64,000 bases of DNA from Chrysomallon squamiferum (GCA_012295275.1 CM022669.1:7006001-7070000); one strand, 5' to 3'; counted from the stretch's first letter, positions 51,654 to 64,000 are shown. Program-made: numbers and translations. Notes: a model not told the origin generated them from the letters alone.

Positions 51654-51743
<90 letters not shown>

Positions 51744-52750
51744 TACCAAACAACAAATAAAACTGTTCCCCAAACAGATGTATCTGCAGTTAATAAATAA
51801 AGATATAAGTAAAAAAAAAATAATAATAAAAACTGGAATTTATACCTTGTCTTTTTCGTAGTTTAAACCAAAAAATGTGGGCAACTGTTTTAAAATTAAC
51901 TTGAAACAATGTACATCTGACTCAATCTAAATTAAATGAAACAAAGTAAAACTGTTAACTGAGGGTGAATAGGTTAAATTATTTGGAGCAATGTATAAGT
52001 TATGATCAATAAATTACAAGGCTAAATTAATTGAAACAATGTATAACAAAAAAACCTCCCAATTCCCCCCACCAGCTCTCAAATTACCTGAAACAATGTA
52101 TAACTATTCACTTCCCCATAAAAGATAGAGGTAAAATTAACTTCCCCATTAGTCTAATTTAACAGAAATATTTAAATTGTTTGTTCCAGTAATAATAATA
52201 ATAATAATAATAATACAAAAACAAAAATAACCCTCAGGTTTTGTTGTCTTTCAAAAATGAAATGATCCTACTAAATGTCATGTATAGTCTGTTTCTTTTT
52301 CTATTTGCAATAAAAAGTAAATTAATTAATTAATTAACCGATTAAAAGAACTGCCATCTAATAAACATCACTAATAAAAATTATTAGGATGGTGAATCAA
52401 ATATTAATTCAACTTTCTAAACATTTATACAACAAATTAGTTTTGTTCTTTCAGAGAAGTGATAAGGTAAATTAATTATTGATCTAAAAAAAAGTTATGA
52501 AAAAATGTTCTGGAAACATCTGCTGTATTTACCACTTCTGCTTCTTGATATGTCCTTGAATATGGTCTTAAGGTCAAACAAACTCTGAAAACTTAAAATT
52601 AATTTATATTATTTTGTAACATTAACAAATTAACAATTATATAAATCCTTAGTTCCAAAAATAAATAAAACCTTTTTGTAAAGCCAAATTTTTTTCTTCT
52701 TTTTTTTTTATATAATTTTCTTTTCTAACAAATTCAATTTTTATTTAAAA

Positions 52751-52789
<39 letters not shown>

Positions 52790-53159
52790 AATAAAAAATA
52801 AAATAAAATAAAATAAAATAAAATTAAATTAAATTAAATTAAATTAAATTTTCAAAAATTATAAATAAAACAACAAAATTCCTTCCTTTCTTTGTCTGTC
52901 CACAAGGAGAAATAAAATATTTAGTTTTTCTTTCACATTTAATTATTTGACATGAAACTCCTAGCTGGCCTAAAAGTGACACAACCCACTTATCCACTGA
53001 GCTTACCTACTCACCCACCCATGCAACCTTCAGATGGGTTGCATCAAGATTTAGAACAGCTCATACAGCAGACGTCAGATAACCATGCTAAAAAAAAAAC
53101 CTTTTCAAATGGGGCAACCCAAACCATCCTGGGTTTTGTTGTTGCCGACAGCAGCATAA

Positions 53160-53400
53160 CAAGGAATGCCCATTAATCACTGGCTGTTATCTTGTGTGTC
53201 TGACACATTCCTGGCACGTTGCCAAGTTCTCTGAGGCCCAGTTCTTGTGATACGATTTATATCAGCCAGGGTTAGCCTGCCAATCAGTCTTGCGAGGCTT
53301 TTTTTTCAACTGGTGACAGAAATAAACAAATCCCCAAGAGGGCCTCGTGCCCGTCAATCTATCATTTACATGCAAATACAGCCAGACAGGTTTATGTTAA
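53160..53400. promoter_or_regulatory. Candidate cis-regulatory module (NFI, TEAD, CCAAT, Meis, Fox, Pbx-Hox and octamer-like sites)
   Basis: CTGGCACGTTGCCAA 53211, ACATTCC 53205, GCCAATCA ~53279, TGACAG 53314, AAATAAACA 53320, TGATAGAT (minus strand, 53357-53364), ATGCAAAT 53370; locally higher GC and CpG. Confidence 0.45.
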
Positions 53401-55610
53401 ATATTTAAAGTATGGGTCTGGCCTGCCAGCTTCAGAAGAAAGCACTCTTATTAGTGGTTGTCATGACTACAGATGAGATCAATAGAGGGAACCTTGCCTG
53501 GGTTTAGAGTGCATGAACAAATTCAATGAGAAAAGAGCTCTCTGAAGTAAATTAATTTTTCTCTCCTTTTCATTTTTTTTTTTCACCCAGGATCAATTCA
53601 GCCAAGGGTGCTCTAATATGAAGATGGAAAACTGCTGCTGTATTCTATAAAACAGCCACACATTTACCAGTCGAATACCAGACAGCTGCATTCTCTGAAT
53701 TCTGTTAACTGTGAAAGAGTTAATGTTTTTTTAACATCAACCAGAAGAAAAACTTAATAATAATAATAATAATAATAATAATTTTGGACTAATTTTCAAT
53801 TTGTAGGTGTTTTTGTTTTGGTGGTAATTTTTATTTTCTCAGCTATTTCTATTTATTTTTGTTTATTAATTTTTAATCATTTGTTGTTTTGTTTTTTGTT
53901 GTTGATGATTTTTTTTGTTTGTTTTTTCTTCCGGTGGATGGTTGTGATTTTTAAAATCAATTATTACATTTAAAATTGCTCTTCTTTTTTTTTTAAATTA
54001 ATACCAATGAACGGCAAAAACAAAATATTTCTTCATTAAAATTTTCATTTGTACATGAGTGAAATGATAATTAAAAAGTCAAAGTTGACAGACAGATGAG
54101 CACACCTTTATGACAAGCAGACAGACAGATGCTCTGAAAATGAACAGAAGTTGTCATAATAGGACTTCAACTTTCAGTTCAAATCTCATTACCATTTTGA
54201 CTGTCTGTTTTAATGTTTTTATATAACTAAAATAACAGAGCAGGTGTAAATCTGGCAGAAAGCCCAAACACATCTGGTATGTGAGGGTTTTAAGATAGAT
54301 TTGTGTTGAATTCAAATTTAAACAGAACAGACAATGTGTTTCAGAATAACTATATTTTTTGCATTAGTGTGAAGATTTTGAAAGAAGAATTAATTTTAAT
54401 ATGAACGTTTTAGATAATTCTTGTAACATTATGATTAATACTCTTCTTATTACTGTGAATTTCAGTGTTTTTTGGGCAGTTTTTAGGAAATAATAAAAAT
54501 AAAAATATGACATCCACAATTAAACCAATGGTTTATAAATCCAACAATATTTAAATTATATTAAATAATCCCTTAATCTGAAGTAAAGCAGATGTGTGGA
54601 ATAAATTTCAAATTCAAGTTTATTACACCGACAAATGTCAGTTCTGTGTAAATAATAAAAAAGTCTGATATATTTTGCTAGTGTAAATACAGAGTAAATA
54701 TACTTTTATTGCATTAGTTTGTTATTTGTGGAAACATTTTGATAATTTAATATTGTTAATAGTTTTGTTGTTTATGTTTGTCAGTCATTTGTGACATTTG
54801 TGAAAAAGCACTGATCTGCAACGTTTATTAATTCCGTTGTGATTAAACAGTTTATGATTAAAAAGAGTGAAGAAATTCTGCTTTACAAAGAGCTATGTAG
54901 TTTGAATTCTACAGGTTTTCTTTTTTCTGTAATGTACTGTTTTTGTTTTATGTTTTAATTAGATGAAAAAGATGTGCCCACACCCACACACACAGTTGTA
55001 AGGTATGCTGAATCCAAATTTAAAGGAAAACAAATGATATGGGTAATGTTACTATTTCAAAATTACAATTTTTTTGGCAAAATTCTAGTCAAGCTATTAA
55101 GATTTTGCCAGTGTTGAAATATAATTTGTAATATAAAATTACAAAGATGTACTCTGCTACGTGTTCATTGGCTGACCTAACCATATTGGAAACAGAATGT
55201 TTTTGTAATTTAACATCAGTTTTCCCAATCAGACAGATTTCTTTCCAAAATCAACCTTGTTTTATCAATGATATGCATAGAATTATTATCAGTAAGATTA
55301 CTTTCCAGTATGTTAATACTGAACATTTTGTCTAGGATTATGTCAGTAATAACATCTTCATGAGTAATAATTTTGAAAAAAAAAAAAAAAAAAACTATTA
55401 TTTTGTGAAATACAAGATCAGCATGGCTTATTTCATTCATCTGCCAAGTACACCCTAATCAGAAATCTTTATCCTAGGTTTAAACCCAGGGTTTTCCTAA
55501 ATTTAGGTTTGAAAACCAAAAAACTAAAATGCTGGGTATTTTGTATAATAACTGTGTAGGTTTTTAAATTTGCAATTCCTGTATAATAATAACAGCTGCA
55601 GACAACTGCA

Positions 55611-55696
55611 GTCACTCCTTCAGTGCACTGTCTTAAAGGTTGTTACAGGCGGCAACAACAAAGTCACTCCTTCAGTGCACTGTCTTAAAGGTTGTT
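55611..55696. repeat. Direct repeat gtcactccttcagtgcactgtcttaaaggttgtt x2 (~52-bp period)
   Basis: Direct reading. Confidence 0.9.
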
Positions 55697-58283
55697 CAGA
55701 TTACTGGCAGGCAGGGAAAATCCCTTTTTCAGTATGTGTATTTTGAAGTTTTTCAAACTATTTACAAAATAGTTAATAATAAAAAGTATTTATCTCATCA
55801 AATATAAAAATATATTAAAAAAAAGGAAAAAAAGAAATACTTCAAAAACTAATTCCAAAAATAATAATTCTCAGATATGTCTGTATTATTTGGAGCAGAC
55901 CAAACAGGTTGTAAGTGTTAAAACTATATCAAAAAAGAAACTGGACTTAGTGAATTAGCTTACTGAGTTTTTATTTCTGCTGGTTCAGAACTGGTTGAAT
56001 ATCCTTGAATCTCTCTAATAATAATAATAATTAATATATTTTAACACAACAACAAAAAAAAAAACCCCACCAAATAACTAAATAAAATTTAAAAAAAACC
56101 AAGGACAATTACTTGTATAAACAAGATTAAATTTCATCTCTCATAATTATTCTTAACAAAAATAAAAACCAAACAGCCAATTATGTTTCTGGAAAGATGA
56201 GTTCTATGTAATCAAAATCCCATGTTTTGGAGTTAATGATGAACCTACTATGGCTTTGTTCAAATAATAATGTCAATTGTTTTATTAATTTAATTAATTT
56301 CAATCAATGATGAATGAGAAAAAAACCCAGTATTTATTGTTTCTTCAGAAATATTTCAAGATATTAGTGCTAGAAGGTGTTTTTTTCTATTTTACCTGAA
56401 TGTGACAAAACATAAACAAAAACTTATTTCAGTTAACACTAATGTTTTGAGTTTTGTCTGATGATAAGGTAGAAAGCTGTAATGGATAACAAATTATTTC
56501 ATGTGGTTTGGCTGTAAAATTATCTATAATAAAAACAAAATTGTCCAAAACTGACAATACAAGACACTCCAAAATTACTATTGGTGGATTATTCTGTGAA
56601 ACTGAATTTAAAATAAGTCATAACATAATTATGTTCATCACAGCGTAGTGTGTCACCAAGAAACAAAATACTGTTTAATTAAAAAAACATGACACAGAAG
56701 CACTGTGCAAATATGAATCTCTCTAAACAGATTTACATATGTTGAAGAGTGTGTATATTATGTAAACATGTTTTGACAACCACCAAAAGTGCACTTAATC
56801 ATTCAGTCAACACAACCTTTCAGAATATAATTTGATATGAAACCAACACTTCATTCTATTATCACATTTGGAAACCTGCAAAAATGCCAGTCAAAATGAT
56901 AAATGGTTTTTGTTTCTTGAATTTCTTAATATAAATATTAATTAGAGTTATCTTACCCTGCTTATAATTTATATCCTTTGAGAACAAAGTTTGGTGGTTT
57001 TATGATACAAAAATAAATAAAATATACCTTATAAACTTCTCAAAGCACTAAATACATGATATTTTTGTAGAAAATGATTAACTATTTAGAAAACATAGAG
57101 AGAACAATAGAAAATTCAATGTTTATTGCCATCATTGTTGAATGACTTGAAAATGGATTATGTCAATTGCATGTGTTAGGATTAATCTGTTCTTATAAAC
57201 TGATATATACAAAAAAAAATATATTTAACAAAAAACACTGTAAAATCATTTATTTACTTCATTGTTTTATTTTTCAATATAATTGTTTTTCCTTACATTT
57301 TTATTTTTATTGTTTTTTTATAAATATGTTTTTTGTTTTGATTATTTATTAATAATGGTATTTAAAGCATCTTTGTAGTGGAACAAATAGAAAGTCAAAA
57401 TATATTTCACATCTTCTATAGTATTATCTTATTTCTGTTCTGACCAAAATATTCAGTATGAGAATGTCTTTTTTTCTTTCTTTTTTATACAATATGAAAT
57501 AAAATATAATAAAATAAATACTAACTGTTTGTTAGGAAGAAAAACTTAACTACAAGTCATACAGTTTTGGCATTTATTATTGGTAAATAAATTATTGGCA
57601 AAAACATGAAAACATTCCAAAAACAATATAAAACAAAATAAGCTATGACAACAGCCATCAAAGACTGAGCTTTAAAGAAATGGTTATCTTTTTTTATGGA
57701 AACAAATTTGCCGTATTCAAACTTTTATTTCCAAAAGCTATATTATGGAACACTAATATTATCCATTTAAAAAAAACAACAGAAAACCCCATGAGAATAT
57801 CCATAATTTATATATTGACAACTAGAAAAATTGTTGATCACAGATAATTAATAAAACTGTAATTTTCTGTTTTACTGTGTGGCAATGTATCATATGTAAA
57901 TGAAGTAAGCTGAGAACAGACACTGAGATAAATTAATATGCCATGAAGCCTAAACACATACTCACAAACAAATAGTAATAAAAAATAATAAAATAAAATA
58001 AAATAAAATAAAATAAAAAAAATAAAATAAATAAAATAAATAAAAATAAAAATAAAAATAAAAACAAACCAAAACAAATCAAAAATAAAATAAAATAAGT
58101 TATAATAAAAAATTGAAAATGCTGCAGAACCCAGTTACTATAAACATCTCAAGAAAACAAATACATTTTAAACTAGTATATGAATCCATTAATTAATGAA
58201 TCTGAAAATAAATTTGTTGGTAATCTGGTGTATGTGAACTATGCCAAGTGCTCATCGGTTTGTAAATTAGAAAGGTAACTAAC

Positions 58284-58390
58284 TTGTTTTGGAAGTGATC
58301 AAGAAACATCAAGACTGTAGACATGGTGTAGACTAACTGGATACCTCTGGATTGACGATCCATCTTCAGTGATTGTCTACTTGCTTCTGC
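58284..58390 (-). other. Candidate 5'UTR exon (107 nt) of the minus-strand gene, containing a uORF start
   Basis: T-rich tract+tttttcag acceptor and AA|GTTAGT donor; exon-like composition. Confidence 0.5.
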
Positions 58391-59329
58391 CTGAAAAACA
58401 ATAAAATACAATAAAAATTAAGAAAAAAATCTGTAGTACAGCAGTGATTTAAATTTATTTATTTATGATTTAAGATCTGCAACTTGAAGACTGTGCTCCA
58501 AGTCTGATACTTTCTAGTATTTTGATGTGTCCATGATATCTAACACTATGTAATAAAACAGTATTAAATGACAATATAATAATTGTTAAATTAGTAATAC
58601 ATGTCATACTGTATTTTTGTAAAATACTTTGATTTTCTGACATAAACATGACTCCTGTCATTAGGAACTTTGCAGAATCTGAACAGAAAAAAATAAAAAA
58701 AATAAAAATTTTAAAAATCAAACAGGTATAAAATTACCACCAACAGTGTGAGATTTAAAGCAATTTGAAATAAAGAAATAAAATAAATGTAGTAACTAAA
58801 GGTTACAGAATAAATTACATTTCAGTGGGAACCCAGGCAAGCAGTTTATCACCTACTTAGAATGAAGTAATGCCTCACATCAGGCACAGTGACAGCAGAA
58901 TGATGCAGGTGAGACAGCTAAGTAATGGTATCAGATATTTAGGTCTTTCTTTAGCATATTTGACAAATTAAGTTTAAACTCATGTCTAAATGTTCAGCCA
59001 TACACGATAACAATTAAAAACAATATTTATCCAATCTATATTTGTTTGACAGAAATAGCAAAATTCTGAAAAATATTTTTCGCCAATTTCAAAACAATTT
59101 AAAAACAATTTAAAAACAAAACAAAACAAAACAAACAAACAAACAAAATAGTTTTTCTATTAATATTTTACAGGAAAATGATTTTCACAAATAACAAAAA
59201 TGTACATCAAATTATTTAATGTTTTACAAGGAAAAGATTTTCATACATAATAAGAAAAATTGTGGGACACTGAATTTATTCTATATTCTCCAGTATACAT
59301 AAATACTAAATAAACTGTCACATGTTTCA

Positions 59330-60140
59330 ATGGCAGGGCATTCCATGGAAGCATCAATGTCAACATTCTTCTACTGAGCTAAAACTAACAACAAGTGAGA
59401 ATACAAACACTCAAATATTGATGACTGGAAATAGGTTCACTTCACAGACAAGCCAGAAATAGAAATTTCCTTCAGTCAATTAAGAAAACACGTTAGAGGC
59501 TCAAATGACAATCTTCTAAAGTAAAAACTCTAAGGATGTCTTGAAAGCTGCTAAATAAGTCATTTCACATATGTATATTTGGCAGAGGAAAGCTGAAAGT
59601 GAACAATGGCTTTCTAAATTAACGTGAAAACGTGGGAACTGTGGATAAAGACTTGAAATTACATCAATTCAAAACGAGTGCTCAAGCTGCCAAATCTGAT
59701 TGATGGATGAATAGATGTAGGCTTCTGATTGTCAACAGAAGTTCTATATGAAGCATGAAGCATTTTACCAGCCATCTCTTACAGTTGAGAAACTTCAGAT
59801 TCTATGAATTTTTCATGTGATATGTTCAGTCTATACCTCAATATCTCCTGATGTCCAGATTAATTATTCTGGGATGTGGTATCTTTGCATACCGTATATG
59901 TCATCCAACTACAGGAATATAAATATCAAGCTACATTGAACAAATTCTTCTGCAATAAAAATTCTGTGACTTACTGCCCATGACAGAATATCATAAATGT
60001 TCACTTTTATGAGGACTGCTCTGAAATAGACTACAGCAGCATGTGATAAATTATTTATAGCAGAAATAAAGATCACAGTGTGCATTTGAAACATTCAGTC
60101 ATGTCATTTGTGATGGAGCTGCAATGCAAACTGTCAAAAA
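59330..60140 (+). mobile_element. Highly decayed coding remnant with Ulp1-protease-like and PHD-finger-like motifs (possible Ginger-type transposon)
   Basis: Broken-frame motifs in order: LQIL, VQIN, CGIFA (59875-59889), YCP* (59972), EDCSE (60011), WSCNANC (60114-60134). Confidence 0.35.
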
Positions 60141-60324
60141 AACAAACCCAACATTTTAAAAAATTAATGTCCTTCTGCTGAAATTATGTAACCAGTGATG
60201 GGAAAAAAACTGCTTTTAATGCTGACATATGTTAATGTATTTGACTGGTTGTATTGATAGTAGAAAAAGTTTGTTAATGAGTTATTTCCAGTGTATGTGC
60301 ATGTATGTATTTTATGTGAAGCTA

Positions 60325-60537
60325 GTGACTGGTCACTATTTATTAAAAACCACGGTATGTCAGGCCTGTGACTGATCACTATTTATTAAAAACCACGGTA
60401 TGTCAGGCCTGTGACTGGTCACTATTTATTAAAAACCACGGTATGTCAAGCCTGTGACTGGTCACTATTTATTAAAAACCACGGTATGTCAGGCCCAGTG
60501 ACTGATCACTATTTATTCAAAAAAATGGTATGTCAAG
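60325..60537. repeat. 43-bp minisatellite (gtgactggtcactatttattaaaaaccacggtatgtcaggcct) x5
   Basis: Direct reading; copies are nearly identical and have no unique spacers. Confidence 0.95.
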
Positions 60538-61609
60538 TTCATGGTGGACACACACACACACACACTGTAATTAAATGGTTGGTTGTATTGGTTGTTCTAA
60601 CACAGGGTTTCTCATACGCCAGTTCAGCAGAATCCAGAGGTTCTACATAAGCTATCACTGGTTCTGGGTTCAATTTCTGAGAAACTCTTCATATTCAGAG
60701 CTTAAGGATTCATCATTAAAAACAAAATCCAAATGGTAAATATTCTCACTTTCTGGCATGTTTTCTTTTGTCTTTAATGCTGTTATCTAAGGAAATTAAA
60801 AGACGAATTTTATTGTAAAAATAATGGTAGTGTTTATATCTTATTTTTTGTTTTGTTTTGTATGTGTATGCATTTGTGCATATGCACTGGCTTTTAAATC
60901 TTTTTCTACGTAGATTTTTGAAAACTGAATAAAAGAAATATTATTCTTTTCAGGACTGCTGACAATACATTTTTAAATTCATTCCATAAATCAGCTGTTA
61001 TTTAGAAAGAAAAAGGAAAAATTAGCAAGAAAACAAGAATTTCAAAAAAGAAAAAGAAAAAAAAAAGCATTCGATTAGTTGTAATTTGAGTCCCATTTAC
61101 TTTGTTATGTCCAAAATTCATCAGGAGATTCTACAGTAGTTATGTGTATGTGTGATAACAAATCAAAAACCAGTGTAACTGATTAAACTCTGATAATATT
61201 GATCTTTGTTCATCAGATGACTTCATTTATTATCACAATCACCAATAACCTTAGACCATCTCACTGAAATTAGTTTTACAGCTTTGTCCGTAAGATTTTC
61301 TTCAGTCAGATACATTAATACTGCAAACATTACCAACAGGAGAGTGCAATAGACAATGGTATTACCAATATAATAAGACAGAGCAGAGGCATAGCATGGG
61401 TTTGCCAGTGCCTGGAGCAAGGCAAGTATTGTGTCCCCTAAACTGCAGTTGACTGGTTGACATGTTTTGTTAACTGGTCCAGTTTTGTTTAGTTTGATAT
61501 TCTTCAGGACAAATATAAAGGGGATCCCAGAGGGACTCCTGGGATAGCTTTGGCAACACCCAGCCCAACTGAAGAAATAACAGTAATAATGAGACACAGT
61601 AATACACAT

Positions 61610-61910
61610 TAATATTACCAATACAACCAATCAAAGAAAACATGTATTACTAATGCAACCAGTAAGATAGAGGGACATGTATTAATACTACCAAAAGAAC
61701 CAATCAGATAAAGTAGTACATTAAAAACAATCAAATAGCCAATCAAACAGAGTAATTCTTAATAATAACAATATAGGCAATCACATTGAGTAATTCATAA
61801 ATAATAAGAATACAGCAAGTCAGCTAAGGTAAGACATTAATATTACCTAAATAAACAAAAGGAAAAAGTAATATATATTAATATTAACAATACAATCTAT
61901 CAGAGTAATG
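61610..61910. repeat. ~38-bp old minisatellite with a recurring (A/G)CCAATCA core
   Basis: aaccaatca, aaccagtaa, aaccaatca, agccaatca, ggcaatca at regular spacing. Confidence 0.7.
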
Positions 61911-61919
61911 TATGGAACT

Positions 61920-62200
61920 TGATGGTCCTTTATCTGAAATGCTTGGGAGTGGATGTATTTTGGTTTTTGGAATTATTTTAAATTGAGAATATAATGACAT
62001 AACCTCTAAGTCTAATAAAAATTCCAGTTCTGTTTCAAACAGAGCTTATACAGATAGTCTGGTGGATTATTTTTGTATATATTTTTGATAATTTCATTCA
62101 TATAATAAAGTTTGTGTAAGCTAAACCAATCAAAAACTGTAAGGTATCACCATTTCGTTTGGTCCCAAAAAGTTAAAAATCTTAATTTCAGAATTTCAAA
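61920..62200. mobile_element. Tigger4/Zombi-like MITE remnant
   Basis: Segments 'cctttatctgaaatgcttggga...ttttggaat', 'cttatacagatagtctg', 'aaagtttgtgtaagctaaacca', 'aaggtatcaccatttc' and 'caaaaagtt' occur in the same order as the Tigger4-family consensus as I recall it; not computed. Confidence 0.5.
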
Positions 62201-63589
62201 CCAAGCAAATTAATACATATTAGTCTCAACAATCTATCATAGCCTGTTCTTTTATTTAAAACAACGACAACAATGATGATGACAACAACATCAACAACAA
62301 TAATAATATCAGTGCAACAGGACACTCTATTATCAGATATTTTAATGCATATTAGTTTTACAAATGTGAACAATCTGCGTCATTCAAACACATTAATATA
62401 CCCAATTAAATCAACTGGACAGACCAATTAATTTTAACAATATAAAATCCAGTTTCTCAAATACATTATCTCTAACTTCTTGATACATTAATTAATTCCT
62501 TTCATGTGTGACAGATAAAAAGAAAATATCACAAGTCTAATGAAGATTATTTTGTGTTTGTAATATGACATTGACAAAAAAGAAAAAACATTTTCAGAGA
62601 CTGATATTGTACTGAAATACTTTACTATCAGGACATGTTTATCTCTGGTTGCTTAAAACAGTTACTTGGAAATGTATAAAATATGATTAGACCATTTTCC
62701 ATTGTAAACTTAAAGAAAGAAGGAAAAAATTAGTAATAATAAATAAAAAAAAAAAAAAAAAAAAACCCATAGTAATTATATATATACAATATAGTTTATT
62801 TTAGTTTACTTCTATAAAATGAACGATTAACAAACAAAACAGTTATTTGAAAACCTATACAACATGTATTTTTAGGTATTTTGTTTGTACTGACCAAGGT
62901 GTATTATAACAAAATCAGCTATGAGCATACAAAACATTCACACTATATCAAATATGTTATATAGTTTATAATATACACTTCAAATCCTACCTAAGATTTG
63001 ACAGAAATATAATCATGAATAACAATAAAATTCTAACAGATATAAGTATACATGTAATTTAAGATTCTTTGAAAAGAACATGGTGGAAGAAAAAAAAATG
63101 AATTAGTAATAATGATTGTCCTCATGCAAGGGACTCAACCACAATTTTCAAATAGAAGGATTTAGTCATGAATAAAGAATAAAGAGGTAAGAATATCTAG
63201 GAGGTTATTGACTTACACTGAAATATAAACATCATTATCAAACACTGCACTCTTTGTTCAAAGAATGCCAGTAAGAGAGGATCAAACAGTGCATTCTTTG
63301 TTCTCGCTTACACACTGGAAACAGTAAAGAGTAACAGATTGAAACAGGATTAGTTTTAGAATAAGCATTCATGTACAGATTTCTGAGCCTTCACTATTCA
63401 GGCAGGTATATTAGTACTATTAATGCATGACTGTGCTGAATAAAGGCAATGAATGAATGAATGTTTAATAAAATATCAGAACAGACTGTTAGTTATTAGT
63501 GATCTGGGAAACTGCTGGACTGACATCAATGGTTTGAGAGTCAGGTAACTGATGTACAAGACACTGCTGATGGAATGAATCAATATTTA

Positions 63590-64000
63590 TTTAAAGACAA
63601 TTCATTATGAGTTTAATTCATTCCATGACTGAAATTAATTGAAATACCATTAATCCGTTCCAGCCCCCCAAAATCACGCCATAATTTTTTTTAATGTGTT
63701 TTTAAATAAGAAAAATGTATTTATAAATGACAAATATTGTATAAAATAAAATAAAAGAGAATGTAAAGAAATAATTTGGTTCTGTAAAATGTATTTATCT
63801 TGGAGTCCAGACAATTATTTTAACATCTTTGGATGGAGTTACAGCCTTTATCAACTCCTTCTGCTTCAGAATGATACAATACTCATACTGACTAGCCAAG
63901 TCGACTACATGCACACCTTGCTCAAGCTTTAATGCAATGGACATCATCCACTTCTTCTTATCAGCACTGTCCTTTGCACTCACTTTCTTACAATCCATGG
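63590..64000 (-). mobile_element. Decayed, internally deleted Tigger/pogo (Tc1-mariner superfamily) element with a CENP-B-type N-terminal HTH remnant; truncated by the window end
   Basis: ORF 63795-63998 (MDCKKVSAKDSADKKKWMMSIALK..EQGVHVVDLASQYE..ILKQKELIKAVTPSKDVKII) resembles, from memory, the N-terminus of Tigger transposases, with small deletions; no DDE domain follows. Confidence 0.75.

Noticed and set aside
55472-55520. Imperfect palindromes (cctaggtttaaacccagg; cctaaatttagg)
   Set aside because: Too short and imperfect to support a structured RNA or element.
60325-60537. 43-bp repeats as a CRISPR array (also the 31-bp repeats at 10235-10480)
   Set aside because: Units are contiguous with no unique spacers, there are no cas genes, and the context is eukaryotic.
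61398-61561. Possible hAT-type MITE (GGGTTTGCCA...TGGCAACACCC) and the 135-aa ORF at 61223-61630
   Set aside because: The inverted repeat is short and imperfect, no target-site duplication was found, and the ORF has no homology cues.

Overview
This is AT-rich, microsatellite-dense eukaryotic (animal) genomic DNA, most likely an invertebrate such as a mollusc; that assignment is inference. It contains two convergent intron-containing genes. (1) On the + strand (~1.0-22.9 kb) is a dual oxidase (DUOX), reconstructed by hand from 30 phase-compatible coding exons covering the peroxidase-like ectodomain, TM, EF-hands, 6-TM ferric reductase and FAD/NADPH domains, ending HHFENF*. Its oddities are an extra N-terminal 6-Cys EGF/EB-like exon, one GC-AG intron, a degenerate second EF-hand, tandemly duplicated splice acceptors in two introns, and an apparent stop/scramble in exon 6 that may be an assembly error. 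(2) On the - strand (CDS 35586->32501) is an unnamed ~929-aa protein that appears to carry three Ski/Sno/Dachshund (DHD)-like domains, a Pro/Gln/Ser-rich low-complexity linker, an N-terminal SUMO-site-like motif and a C-terminal SIM. Its candidate 5'UTR exons at ~49.1 and ~58.3 kb would create chained uORFs overlapping the main ATG. The rest is intronic or UTR DNA with minisatellites, an RFX X-box cluster, a TF-site-dense island and decayed DNA transposons (Tigger/pogo fragments and a possible Ulp1+PHD remnant). Almost all short ORFs in the supplied track are microsatellite translations.
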